This document shows, piece by piece, positions 18,200 through 27,778 of a DNA stretch of 34,513 nt. The stretch's first letter is position 1. Every line of letters begins with the position of its first letter. Position numbers and translations under genes: made by a program. This stretch comes from Leptolinea sp. UBA1437 (GTDB lineage Bacteria > Chloroflexota > Anaerolineae > Anaerolineales > Anaerolineaceae). The stretch is from the NCBI GenBank assembly GCA_002329625.1, contig DCTP01000140.1, positions 43,520-78,032 on the forward strand, in the 5' to 3' direction. The notes under the pieces were generated by a model. That model was given only the letters and a program-made list of their open reading frames with translations. It was not told the origin of the DNA and ran no database searches.

Positions 18200-20062
18200 A
18201 TGGATATCAGTCCGAAAATTCAGGGAATTTTAGAGACACTGCCAAATAAACCCGGTTGCTATCTGATGAAAAACGCCGATGACAAAATCATTTATGTCGG
18301 TAAAGCGATCAATCTGCGTCACCGGGTCCGTTCCTATTTTCAAAACAGTGTGAAGCATACGGTCAAAACCCGCCAGATGGTCAGTCATATCGATCATATC
18401 GACTGGATTGTGGTGGAATCCGAGCTGGAAGCGCTGATTCTTGAAATGAATCTGATTAAAAAGAATCGGCCGCAATACAATATTCAGCTCAAAGACGATA
18501 AACGCTATCCTTATATTAAAATCGAATTTCAAAATCCGTATCCGCGGATTTTGGTTACCCGTCAAATGGTTCAGGATGGATCGCGTTATTTCGGCCCGTA
18601 TACCAGTGTTTGGGCGGTGCATCAAACATTGGATTTGCTGCGGCGTATCTTCCCTTATTTGACCTGTGATCGGGAGATCACCGGTCAGGACAGTCGACCT
18701 TGCCTCTACTATGATATAAAACTTTGTTCCGGTCCTTGTATCAATGCAATCTCGCAGGCGGATTATTATGCGATGATGGAAGATATCGCCTCTTTTCTGG
18801 AGGGGAAAACCGCCGACATCGTGAATCGGCTCCAAAAGCAGATGAGCGATGCCGCGGAGAATTTGAACTTTGAACGGGCTGCCGCCCTGCGAGATCAAAT
18901 TCAGGCGATTGATCGGGTAGTCGAAAAGCAGAAAATCGTGAGTAATGATGATACCGATTCGGATGTGATAGCCATTGCGCGCTCGGAAAAAGAAGCCTGT
19001 ATTCAGTTGTTCTATATTCGTAATGGGAAATTGATCGGCCAGGAATATTTCATTATGAAAGGGACTGAGGATGAAGCCGATCAGGAAGTGGTTTCCGAAT
19101 TTATCAAGCAATTTTACAGCGATGCGGCGACGATTCCGCCACAAATGTTGCTTCCCGTCGAGTTGGAAGAACATCGCATTATCCAACAATGGCTACGTCA
19201 ACAAAGGGGAGGCAAAAAATTTACGCTCAAAGTGCCCAAAACCGGTAATGAAAAGGACCTGGTGAATATGGCTGCCGAAAATGCAATCGAAACGCTTCGG
19301 GCGCTCAAAACGCAATGGGAGAATGATACCAACAAACAAAGCGAAGCATTGACTGAACTGCAGTCGGCATTGCAATTACCCGAGCCGCCGAATCGAATCG
19401 AATGTTATGATATTTCCAACACACAAGGAACGTTGTCGGTCGGATCCATGGTTGTTTTTGAGCAGGGAGTTCCAAAGAAAAACTTGTATCGGCGTTTTAA
19501 TATCAAAACAGTCGAAGGACCGAACGATTTTGACAGTATGACGGAAGTACTTACCCGACGGTTGAAGCGTTGGCAATCCGCGAGCGAGAAGGATAACAAA
19601 ACAGGGGGCAAAATCGATCCATCATTTTCCGTTCTGCCGGATTTGATCATCATCGACGGCGGAAAAGGCCAGCTGGGGCGCGCGGTCGAAGTGCTCAAGG
19701 ATTTTGATCTGTTTGACCGCGTTCACGTCGTCGGTCTTGCCAAACGCGAAGAAGAAATATTTATACCTTTTCATTCCGATCCGATAATCCTTCCGCGTAA
19801 TTCCGAAGGACTCTATCTGGTTCAGCGCATTCGGGATGAGGCTCATCGTTTTGCCATCACCGCTCATCGCGGAAGACGAACGAAGGAGGGGCTGGCTTCT
19901 CAACTCGAGAAAATCCCGGGTATCGGGCCGGTTAAACGGAAAGCGTTGCTGAAAAAATTCGGCAGTATCGATGCCATCGCTGCCGCATCCAAGGAAGAAC
20001 TGATGTTAGCGGACGGTATCACTTCCTCTTTGGCGGATGCGATTCGCGATTATTTCGGATGA
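18200..20062 (+). CDS. uvrC: Excinuclease ABC subunit C
   Basis: GIY-YIG (PGCYLM..IIYVGKA), UVR domain, RIECYDIS, IDGGKGQ, RDEAHRFA, HhH IPGIG. Confidence 0.98.
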   Translation: MDISPKIQGILETLPNKPGCYLMKNADDKIIYVGKAINLRHRVRSYFQNSVKHTVKTRQMVSHIDHIDWIVVESELEALILEMNLIKKNRPQYNIQLKDDKRYPYIKIEFQNPYPRILVTRQMVQDGSRYFGPYTSVWAVHQTLDLLRRIFPYLTCDREITGQDSRPCLYYDIKLCSGPCINAISQADYYAMMEDIASFLEGKTADIVNRLQKQMSDAAENLNFERAAALRDQIQAIDRVVEKQKIVSNDDTDSDVIAIARSEKEACIQLFYIRNGKLIGQEYFIMKGTEDEADQEVVSEFIKQFYSDAATIPPQMLLPVELEEHRIIQQWLRQQRGGKKFTLKVPKTGNEKDLVNMAAENAIETLRALKTQWENDTNKQSEALTELQSALQLPEPPNRIECYDISNTQGTLSVGSMVVFEQGVPKKNLYRRFNIKTVEGPNDFDSMTEVLTRRLKRWQSASEKDNKTGGKIDPSFSVLPDLIIIDGGKGQLGRAVEVLKDFDLFDRVHVVGLAKREEEIFIPFHSDPIILPRNSEGLYLVQRIRDEAHRFAITAHRGRRTKEGLASQLEKIPGIGPVKRKALLKKFGSIDAIAAASKEELMLADGITSSLADAIRDYFG

Positions 20063-20150
20063 AGGACGGTGACTGCGCTTTTTTCCGCCTCGAATGAAAG
20101 TATAATTATTTGATAGCAATATTCTCAATTAAACAAGAAAGGGATTGATG

Positions 20151-20792
20151 ATGGAAAAGACTGCGGAACAAATTCGCTATGATAAATTGGGTGAAACGGT
20201 TGCCAAGGCATTGCGCAAGAGGTTCTTTGATGCCTGGTATTTTGATACCAAAGAAGCGGCGGTAGCTCAGGCGTTGAGCCTGATTCCGGAAGGAACTACT
20301 ATCTCCTGGGGCGGCTCGATGTCGATCGTGGAAGTGGGTTTGAAGGATAAAATCCAAAACGGAAAATATAAACTGATTGATCGCGATACGGCTAAAACTC
20401 CCGAGGAACGAATTGAGATTATGCGACAGGCGCTGTTGGCGGATACCTTTCTAATGAGCGCCAATGGCATCAGTGAGGACGGACAATTGTTTAATGTGGA
20501 CGGGAACGGCAACCGTCTCGCGGCATTGCTGTACGGGCCGAAGCAGGTCATTGTCATTGCTGGCGTGAATAAAATCGCCCATACAGCTGCGGATGCGCTG
20601 GAACGGGCTCGGACGATTGCGGCACCGACGAACATTTCCCGCTTTGACGTAGCGACGCCGTGCAAAATCACCGGTACTTGTTCGGACTGTATGACAGCGG
20701 AGAGCCAGTGCGCTCAAATTGTCCAAACTCGCATCTGTCGGCCGGCTGGAAGGATCAAAGTGATTCTGGTCGGTACCAAGCTCGGATATTAA
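20151..20792 (+). CDS. LUD-domain (lactate utilization LutC/YkgG-like) protein
   Basis: GGSMS, SANGI..DG.L.NVDG.GNR, GPK.V..G.NKI, Cys-rich PC...G.C.DC. Start could also be 20148. Confidence 0.8.
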   Translation: MEKTAEQIRYDKLGETVAKALRKRFFDAWYFDTKEAAVAQALSLIPEGTTISWGGSMSIVEVGLKDKIQNGKYKLIDRDTAKTPEERIEIMRQALLADTFLMSANGISEDGQLFNVDGNGNRLAALLYGPKQVIVIAGVNKIAHTAADALERARTIAAPTNISRFDVATPCKITGTCSDCMTAESQCAQIVQTRICRPAGRIKVILVGTKLGY

Positions 20793-20846
20793 TCATCAAT
20801 GATTTCAATAATCGTCAGAGACTGTCAGCAATTTTTGTGAAAGTGT

Positions 20847-20875
20847 TTGACAATCATTGTTCTTTATGTTCTAAT
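20847..20875 (+). promoter_or_regulatory. Putative sigma70 promoter of the SAM riboswitch-metK leader
   Basis: TTGACA-N17-TCTAAT with TG extension. Confidence 0.5.
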
Positions 20876-20911
20876 AGGAAAAATTAAAAATTTATAAGCC
20901 CCTGAATGGCG

Positions 20912-21015
<104 letters not shown>

Positions 21016-21033
21016 GGTCTGTGATGACCAATC

Positions 21034-21062
21034 GCACCCCCCTGGAAACTCGGGGGTGTTTT
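21034..21062 (+). terminator. Riboswitch expression-platform terminator
   Basis: GCACCCCCC..GGGGGTGT hairpin followed by T-run, ahead of the metK RBS GGAGG. Confidence 0.75.
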
Positions 21063-21076
21063 ATTGGAGGATAGTT

Positions 21077-22291
21077 ATGTCAACATTTATGAATTCCCCG
21101 AAGTACCTTTTTACTTCGGAATCCGTCACAGAAGGCCATCCGGATAAAATCTGCGATCAAATCAGTGATGCGATATTGGACGCTTGTCTGGAACAAGACC
21201 CGTATTCTCGGGTCGCCTGTGAAACATCCGTCAAAACCGGATTTGTTCTGGTTTACGGGGAAATCACCACACAGGCGTTTGTCAATTTTGATGAGCTGGT
21301 TCGCAAAGTGGTTCTCGACATCGGCTATGATTCGAGTGAAAAATGCTTCGATGGGCATACTTGTGGGATTCTTTCCGCGATTTCCACGCAATCACCGGAT
21401 ATTGCGCTGGGAGTGGATAAAGCGCAGGAAGCGAAGCGGGGCGAATTCGGAGAGGTCGATTTCGAAGAGGTTGGCGCTGGCGATCAGGGGATGATGTTCG
21501 GTTATGCTTGTAATGAGACGCCGGTTTTCATGCCGATGCCGGTTTATCTTTCTCATCGTTTGACCGAAAAACTGGCTGAGGTTCGTAAAAACGGGACTTT
21601 GCCTTGGGTTTATCCCGACGGCAAAAGTCAAGTAACCATCGAATATTCCTACGGAAAGCCTAAGCGGGTGGATACGGTTGTCATCAGTACGCAACATTCC
21701 GCATCCATGCGGGATAAGCACGAGGAAATCGAAGCTGCGGTTCGCAAATATGTGATCGACCCGGTATTACCGAAAGAGTTGGTCGACCGAGACCTGAAAG
21801 TATTTGTCAACCCCACCGGTGAATTTATTATCGGCGGTCCGCAGGGAGATTCGGGTTTGACCGGCCGGAAAATCATTGTGGATACTTACGGCGGTATGGG
21901 ACGGCACGGCGGCGGATCGTTCAGCGGTAAAGACTGTACCAAGGTCGATCGTTCGGCCAGTTATGCGACCCGTTGGGTGGCTAAAAATATCGTCGCAGCC
22001 GGCTTGGCGGAACGCTGCGAAATTCAGATTTCCTATGCCATCGGTGTGGCGAAACCGATCAGCATCAACGTCGAAACCTTCGGAACGGGAAAGATACCGG
22101 ACGAGGAAATCGTGCGGCTCATCGATCGGAATTTTGATTTACGCCCGGGTGCAATTATCAAACGGCTGAATCTGCGCCGGCCGATTTATCGGAAGACTTC
22201 GAATTACGGCCATTTCGGTCGTGAAGATGCGGATTTCACTTGGGAGAAACTGGATATGGCGGAAGCTTTACGCCGCGACGCCGGACTCTGA
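21077..22291 (+). CDS. metK: S-adenosylmethionine synthetase
   Basis: [40 protein letters not shown]. Start reassigned to 21077 (RBS GGAGG). Confidence 0.98.
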   Translation: MSTFMNSPKYLFTSESVTEGHPDKICDQISDAILDACLEQDPYSRVACETSVKTGFVLVYGEITTQAFVNFDELVRKVVLDIGYDSSEKCFDGHTCGILSAISTQSPDIALGVDKAQEAKRGEFGEVDFEEVGAGDQGMMFGYACNETPVFMPMPVYLSHRLTEKLAEVRKNGTLPWVYPDGKSQVTIEYSYGKPKRVDTVVISTQHSASMRDKHEEIEAAVRKYVIDPVLPKELVDRDLKVFVNPTGEFIIGGPQGDSGLTGRKIIVDTYGGMGRHGGGSFSGKDCTKVDRSASYATRWVAKNIVAAGLAERCEIQISYAIGVAKPISINVETFGTGKIPDEEIVRLIDRNFDLRPGAIIKRLNLRRPIYRKTSNYGHFGREDADFTWEKLDMAEALRRDAGL

Positions 22292-22324
22292 AGCAAGAAA
22301 CGATTTTTGCAAAATGAAAGAAAC

Positions 22325-22365
22325 AATCCCCATTTTCGGTTCGACAACCGGGAATGGGGATTTTT
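22325..22365 (+). terminator. Intrinsic terminator after metK (possibly bidirectional)
   Basis: AATCCCCATTTTCGGTT-cgac-AACCGGGAATGGGGATT stem followed by Ts. Confidence 0.85.
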
Positions 22366-22453
22366 ATATCCGCAAATCGGAAACTGCGATGGTGAAATTT
22401 AAAAAAAGTCGGCGAAGAATGTCCCTCTATATACCGGGCTGTTTCTTCTATCG

Positions 22454-23530
22454 TTACAGGTTTTCCACACGATGGAATGTTTTGGCGCTTTCTTCTCCCC
22501 GTAAAACTCGGAGACCTCCCAAAGCCAACGCATTCATTTCATCTTCCCCCGGATAAACGATTACGGGAGCTAGAAAAGAGACATAACGTTTGATACCGTC
22601 GGTGACATAATCGGAATGAGCGATCCCGCCCGTCAAAAGAATGGCGTCGATTTTTCCGCAGACGCCGGGAGCGATTTTTCCGATATTTTTAGCAACGTTT
22701 AAGATCATGGCATCATAAATGAGCTTGGCATGCTCATCCCCCGCGGTGATTCGCTCTTCCACTTTTCGGCTGTCGGTCGTTCCCAGATGTGCCATCAGAC
22801 CACCCTGGTTCTTCACCAACTTCATCATCCCTTTGTAGGTTGTGCCCGGTTCGAAGCATTCCCGAATGACATCAAACATCGGTAAACCGCCGGTGCGTTC
22901 GGGAGAAAACGGACCCTCTTCATCCGTGATAAAATCTTCGATCCGTCCGTTATGATGCAGATTCACCGAAATACCTCCCCCCAAATGGGCAACAATGACG
23001 GTAATATCCCGATAGTTTTTTCCCTGTTCCCGGGCATACCGCATCGCCGCGGCTCGTGTATTGAGATTATGCCCCATGCCTTTGCGTTGCATGGACGGCA
23101 GACCGGTTATCTTATTGATGGGTGTCAATTCATCCACTGTAACCCCATCATAAATAAAAGCGGGAATTCCCAATCGGTTTGCGATATCATAAGCGATCAT
23201 AGCACCGACATTGGAAGCATGCTCGTTACGCGGGCGATTTCTTAATTGCCAAACCATATCCTCGTTGATCTGATAAGCTCCCGCTTCAATGGGAGGAAGC
23301 AATCCGCCTCGAGAGACGATTGCCGTCAGCGAGTTCAGCGGAATCCGATGTTGTTCGAGGGATCGCAGCACCAAATCACGGCGAAAGGCATATTGATCTG
23401 CCACGCAATCAAAAAGGGCTAATTCTTCGGGCGTATGAACAATGGATTCCGTATACACCGGTGTTTCGTCATCATATACAGCCAATTTGGTGGATGTGGA
23501 TCCGGGGTTCAGAATTAGCAGACGTTCCAT
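22454..23530 (-). CDS. buk: Butyrate kinase family acyl kinase (probably branched-chain/aryl carboxylate kinase)
   Basis: ILNPGSTSTK, RGGLL, HASN, HNLN, HLGGGIS, GPFSPER, LTGGIA, YPGEDEM. Start 23530 (RBS AGGAG). Confidence 0.93.
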   Translation of the reverse strand: MERLLILNPGSTSTKLAVYDDETPVYTESIVHTPEELALFDCVADQYAFRRDLVLRSLEQHRIPLNSLTAIVSRGGLLPPIEAGAYQINEDMVWQLRNRPRNEHASNVGAMIAYDIANRLGIPAFIYDGVTVDELTPINKITGLPSMQRKGMGHNLNTRAAAMRYAREQGKNYRDITVIVAHLGGGISVNLHHNGRIEDFITDEEGPFSPERTGGLPMFDVIRECFEPGTTYKGMMKLVKNQGGLMAHLGTTDSRKVEERITAGDEHAKLIYDAMILNVAKNIGKIAPGVCGKIDAILLTGGIAHSDYVTDGIKRYVSFLAPVIVYPGEDEMNALALGGLRVLRGEESAKTFHRVENL

Positions 23531-23540
23531 AACATTTCTC

Positions 23541-24449
23541 CTATTTTTGCGAAACCAGAGCACTGATGACGATTGACAGATATTTTTCTTCCGCCGAGGA
23601 ACCGCGGCTGGTCATCACGACTGGGCATTTTGCGCCGACCACAAAACCCGCCAGCTTTGCACCGCAGGTGACTGCCAGCATTTTCCCCATAATATTGCCG
23701 GCATGAATATTGGGAGCCAGCAAAATATCGCAATCACCCGCGCATGGGCTGCGAAAATCTTTCAGCTCGGCGATCTCACGCGATACCGCACAATCATAGG
23801 AAATCGGTCCTTCGACGATGCATCCGCTGATTTCTCCTCGCCGATTCATTTCTTTCAATGCGTTTCCGTCTACTGTTTCCGGCATTTTGGGATTTACTTT
23901 CTCGATGCAAGCCAGCACTCCCACTTTGGGACATTCGTATCCGATGGCATGGAACGTCTCGACGGTATTTTCGATAATACATTTTTTCTGTTGCAAATCG
24001 GGATAGGTAACCATTCCACCGTCCACCGGTGCCAGCAGTTTGTGATAGGTGGGAACCTCAAAGACGGTAAAATGGGACATGATTCCGCCGCGGTTCAACC
24101 CGTGCTCCCTGTCGACAACCGCTTTCAATAAGACGGCCGTTTCCATCCGGCCTTTCATTAGGAAATCCGCTTCGCCCCGGCGAACCAAGTCCACCGCTGC
24201 ACGGGCGGATTCCGCCGGATCGGGAAAATCATAAATATCTTCCGTTGGGATTTTTTTCCCCAGTTTCTCTAAGACGGCGAGGATCTCTGCCTTATCGCCG
24301 ACCAAAACGGGAAGAATAATTTCTTCATCTCGAGCGTGTAGCACCGCCTCAATCGTATGTTCGTCGCCGGCGGCGGCGACCGCCAGCCTGGCTTTTCGAG
24401 GTTTGTTCTTTACGGTATGAATTAACTCAGCAAATGTTCTATATTCCAT
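23541..24449 (-). CDS. ptb: Phosphate butyryltransferase family phosphotransacylase
   Basis: AVAAA.D, LMKG..T, E.VNPKMP.T.D, EGP.S.D.A, P.I.AGN..K, TSR. Start 24449. Confidence 0.9.
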   Translation of the reverse strand: MEYRTFAELIHTVKNKPRKARLAVAAAGDEHTIEAVLHARDEEIILPVLVGDKAEILAVLEKLGKKIPTEDIYDFPDPAESARAAVDLVRRGEADFLMKGRMETAVLLKAVVDREHGLNRGGIMSHFTVFEVPTYHKLLAPVDGGMVTYPDLQQKKCIIENTVETFHAIGYECPKVGVLACIEKVNPKMPETVDGNALKEMNRRGEISGCIVEGPISYDCAVSREIAELKDFRSPCAGDCDILLAPNIHAGNIMGKMLAVTCGAKLAGFVVGAKCPVVMTSRGSSAEEKYLSIVISALVSQK

Positions 24450-24513
24450 AAGATCCCTTTTTCCTGGAGAACCGATGAAATTCAACCATTTTCGGCTCCA
24501 AGATCTTTATTGA

Positions 24514-25095
24514 TCATTCCGCAACCGCTGCTATTCCGGCGTCTAGCGCTTTACGGTTGATGGCTGCAAAGCGAGGTTTGATGTTGTCGGCTATTGCTTT
24601 ATCCCAATCCAACGCTTCCAGTTTCATCAGTTGAATCAACGCTCCCAATAAAACGATATTCATACTTTTGGGATTGCCTAATTCGGTTGCGATCTTTGCG
24701 GCGTCGAGCACTTTGGTGTTTACCAGAGTCTTCAGTCGTTCGATACAATCCGCCGGATAGGTTTCCTGCCCGGAAAGGGTGGTGGCTGTCGGTAATCGAT
24801 AATCGTTGACCACTGCGACTCCGTCTTTTTTTAATCCGTTTAAATAACGCAGGGCTTCCATTGCCTCAAAGGAGACCAAAATATCTGCACTTCCTTTTCC
24901 GATGATGGGAGAATAAACCTTATCTCCGTAACGCACCTGAGTGACGACACTGCCGCCGCGTTGACTCATTCCATGAATTTCACTCATTTTAACGTCATAA
25001 CCAGCCGCTACCAAGGCTGTCGAAAGAATCTTGCTGGCTAAAATGGTACCTTGACCGCCGACACCGCAAAGTAAAATATTTTTTACTTCAGACAT
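24514..25095 (-). CDS. iorB: Indolepyruvate (arylpyruvate):ferredoxin oxidoreductase subunit beta
   Basis: GVGGQG, SEIHGMSQRGGSV, NIVLLGA. Start 25095 (RBS GGGAGG). Confidence 0.93.
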   Translation of the reverse strand: MSEVKNILLCGVGGQGTILASKILSTALVAAGYDVKMSEIHGMSQRGGSVVTQVRYGDKVYSPIIGKGSADILVSFEAMEALRYLNGLKKDGVAVVNDYRLPTATTLSGQETYPADCIERLKTLVNTKVLDAAKIATELGNPKSMNIVLLGALIQLMKLEALDWDKAIADNIKPRFAAINRKALDAGIAAVAE

Positions 25096-26860
25096 TTTGC
25101 TTTTCCTCCCTGAAAATGGCGTGTTTCGGACAAACCTGCGCACATAAATCACAACCTGTGCATTGAATTTGATCGATGGTGACTTTCTTGGAATCCGCAT
25201 GATATTCGATTGCTGGGCAGCCTGTTTGAATACAGGCTCGACATCCGATGCATTTTTCCGGATCCACACGGTTGACGAAGCGGAGGCTGCCGAATTCCTC
25301 AACGTCCGTTTGAGTCATCTTCTTGAGAGCACAGGGCCACCTTGTAATAAGCAGAGCGGGTTCATCAAATCCCATTCCCCATTTCAGAGCATCCCGAACT
25401 TCATCCGGCTTCAACGGGTTGACAGTCCGAATATGTTTGACCCCCAACGCTTGCGCGACCTCCGCGATATTGGTCATATGAGTAGGTTCTTCCGCTAAGG
25501 TCAAGCCGGTTCCCGGATTTTGTTGGTGACCGGTCATGGCCGTGATGCGATTGTCTAAAACAACCATCAGAATGTCGGAGCGATTGTAAACCGCCTCCAG
25601 CATGGAAGTCATCCCGGAATGAAAAAATGTGGAATCTCCCATTATCCCCACACAACGTTTTCGCGTGCCGTCTGATTCCGAATTGAATATTTTTTGAGCG
25701 CCGTGCGCGACGGAGAAACCGCCGCCCATACAGATGGCGATATCCTTGGGCGCCAAACCGTAACAGCCGATATCGCTGACCGTAATCACATTTTTCATTT
25801 TTTGCAGTTCATAGAAAAAGCCGCGATGCGGGCAGCCGGCACAGAGAACGGGCGGGCGGGCGGCAACCACCGAAGCATCATAGCGGATTGTTTCGTGTTC
25901 TTCACCCAACAATGATTGCCGCAGGATATCCGGATTTAATTCACCCTCACACGGAATTTTCTCTTTCCCGATGCAGGGGATGCCAGCCGCTTTGATCTCG
26001 TTTTCCATGATGGGTTCCAACTCTTCGACTACGATCAATTGATCGACCCGGGCGGCAAACTCACGGATTTTTCGCATCGGCAGCGGAAATGTAAAACCGA
26101 GCTTCAGATAAGAGGCATTTTCGCCGTAAACCTCTTTGGCATATTCATAAGCGACGCCGGAGGAAATAATGCCTATTTTTTTCTCGCCCCATTCGACATA
26201 GTTTAATGGGGAACTCTCGGAATATTCTTCCAACCGTTTTAGATTCTGTTCCACTTTGGTATGAAGCCGTTTGGAAATCGCCGGAATGGGATTGAATTTA
26301 TCTTGCTTGGCATAGGGTACTAGCGGCTTTTCCGTTCGTTCTTTACTCAAATCTACGATACTTTTGGAATGGCACACTCGGGTTGTCATTCGTAAAAGAA
26401 TCGGCATGTCAAATTGTTCGGATAATTCCAACGCGATTCCCACAAAATCTTTCGCTTCCTGCGAATCGGAGGGTTCAAGCATTCCCACTTTGGCGGCGCG
26501 GGCATAATATCGGTTGTCTTGTTCGTCTTGCGAGGAATGCAACCCCGGATCGTCCGCGGAGACAATCACCAATCCTCCGTTCACGCCGATATAAGCACCG
26601 GTGAATAAAGGGTCCGCCGCAACATTCAACCCGACGTGTTTCATTGCCACCAAAGCTCGTCCGCCGGCAAATGAAGCTCCGATGGCGGATTCCGTCGCCA
26701 CTTTTTCATTCGGTGCCCATTCGGAATAAATTTCCCGATATTGCGCGATATTTTCCAGAATTTCCGTACTGGGTGTACCCGGATAAGCGGAGGCATACCG
26801 GACTCCCGCTTCCCATGCCCCTCTGGCAACGGCTTCGTTTCCTGTCATTAACTGCTTCAA
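25088..26860 (-). CDS. iorA: Indolepyruvate (arylpyruvate):ferredoxin oxidoreductase subunit alpha
   Basis: GNEAVARG, YPGTPSTE, MKHVGLNVA, SSQ.EQD, LCAGCPH, GDSTFFHSG TPP motif, C-terminal 2x[4Fe-4S]. TTG start at 26860 (RBS AAAGGAGG). Confidence 0.95.
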   Translation of the reverse strand: MKQLMTGNEAVARGAWEAGVRYASAYPGTPSTEILENIAQYREIYSEWAPNEKVATESAIGASFAGGRALVAMKHVGLNVAADPLFTGAYIGVNGGLVIVSADDPGLHSSQDEQDNRYYARAAKVGMLEPSDSQEAKDFVGIALELSEQFDMPILLRMTTRVCHSKSIVDLSKERTEKPLVPYAKQDKFNPIPAISKRLHTKVEQNLKRLEEYSESSPLNYVEWGEKKIGIISSGVAYEYAKEVYGENASYLKLGFTFPLPMRKIREFAARVDQLIVVEELEPIMENEIKAAGIPCIGKEKIPCEGELNPDILRQSLLGEEHETIRYDASVVAARPPVLCAGCPHRGFFYELQKMKNVITVSDIGCYGLAPKDIAICMGGGFSVAHGAQKIFNSESDGTRKRCVGIMGDSTFFHSGMTSMLEAVYNRSDILMVVLDNRITAMTGHQQNPGTGLTLAEEPTHMTNIAEVAQALGVKHIRTVNPLKPDEVRDALKWGMGFDEPALLITRWPCALKKMTQTDVEEFGSLRFVNRVDPEKCIGCRACIQTGCPAIEYHADSKKVTIDQIQCTGCDLCAQVCPKHAIFREEKQNV

Positions 26861-26874
26861 AGTTGTTCCTCCTT

Positions 26875-26906
26875 TGTAAAATATACGATATATGTTATAT
26901 CTTGCA
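26875..26906. promoter_or_regulatory. Candidate GntR operator (imperfect inverted repeat) between the iorA promoter and RBS
   Basis: TGTAAAATATA-N10-TATATCTTGCA, 9/11 arm match. Confidence 0.5.
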
Positions 26907-26921
26907 ACATTTATATAAATT

Positions 26922-26949
26922 AGAATATCACAGATTGATACCCTGTCAA
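26922..26949 (-). promoter_or_regulatory. Sigma70 promoter of iorA-iorB-ptb-buk
   Basis: Minus strand TTGACA-N16-TATTCT with TG extension. Confidence 0.6.
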
Positions 26950-26991
26950 GATGTGTGTTGTAACCTTTTTGCAGATTATTTTCCGAATTCC

Positions 26992-27020
26992 TTGCGATTT
27001 CAAAACGAAATTGGTATGAT
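26992..27020 (+). promoter_or_regulatory. Sigma70 promoter of the GntR regulator
   Basis: TTGCGA-N17-TATGAT with TG extension. Confidence 0.65.
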
Positions 27021-27069
27021 AAATTTATATTTTGCAAGAAACAAAATTCGAAGGGAGCCCATCGATCCT

Positions 27070-27720
27070 GTGATAAAAAAGAATTCCCTGGTGGACCAGG
27101 TTTACGAAGAATTACGAAACGGAATTATTTCGCTTCGAATCCCTTTGGGGAGCCGACTGAACGTCAATGAGCTGCAAGACACTTTACAGGTTAGTTGCAC
27201 ACCGATCCGAGAGGCGATCAATCGTCTGCAACAGGAAGGGTTGGTCACTTATGAAAATAATGTCGGTGCGCGCGTGCTCAACCTGGATGAACATGATGTC
27301 GAAGAAATCCAACAATTGGCGATGACGTTGCACCGTGAGGCGATCCGTCTCGCAATGGAACGGGAGGATCATGCGGTGTTGTTGTCCGAATTGGAACAGC
27401 ATTTATCGGAATATGTTGATGCGGAAACGGTCCAGGATGAGGTAATGGCTGTGAACCATCTGGTGGGAACGTTTTACCATCATTGCGGAAATCGTCGTTT
27501 GGATAAGAGTATGATTTCCATTCAAGGTCAGCAACTCCTATTAAGATATATTTTTGCAACCTACCGTAAAGATCGGAAAAGCGAGGCGGATTTTGCCCCG
27601 CTGATTCAGGCTGTTCGTGAGTCGAATGTCGAAGCAGCCTGCCGGGCGTTACAACAAAATGCCGATGGTAACACCCCGGTGATTCTCGACTATCTGCGTA
27701 AGAGGAACGCAAACGGTTAG
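27070..27720 (+). CDS. GntR family transcriptional regulator (FCD-type)
   Basis: SLVDQVYEELR..I..G.RL..L...L.VS.TPIREA..RL..EGLV winged HTH. GTG start at 27070 chosen because ATG 27016 lies within the -10 element. Confidence 0.88.
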   Translation: MIKKNSLVDQVYEELRNGIISLRIPLGSRLNVNELQDTLQVSCTPIREAINRLQQEGLVTYENNVGARVLNLDEHDVEEIQQLAMTLHREAIRLAMEREDHAVLLSELEQHLSEYVDAETVQDEVMAVNHLVGTFYHHCGNRRLDKSMISIQGQQLLLRYIFATYRKDRKSEADFAPLIQAVRESNVEAACRALQQNADGNTPVILDYLRKRNANG

Positions 27721-27731
27721 ACCGATGTTCT

Positions 27732-27769
27732 AAAAGCCCCATGAGCTTACGAATCATGGGGCTTTTTTT
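27732..27769. terminator. Bidirectional intrinsic terminator between gntR and the LVIVD gene
   Basis: AAAAGCCCCATGA-N9-TCATGGGGCTTTT perfect stem flanked by A- and T-runs. Confidence 0.9.
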
Positions 27770-27778
27770 ATATAACGA

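Noticed and set aside
18230-19189. 319-aa antisense ORF (and similar ones at 14527-15231 and 15817-16494)
   Set aside because: Shadow frames opposite well-supported genes, with no recognisable motifs
22454-24449. ptb-buk as evidence of butyrate fermentation
   Set aside because: No thl/hbd/crt/bcd genes in the window; co-operonic with iorAB, so an aryl or branched acyl substrate is more likely
26644-27069. Long N-terminal extensions of GntR and IorA that overlap each other
   Set aside because: The region contains both promoters; RBS- and homology-supported starts are 26860 and 27070
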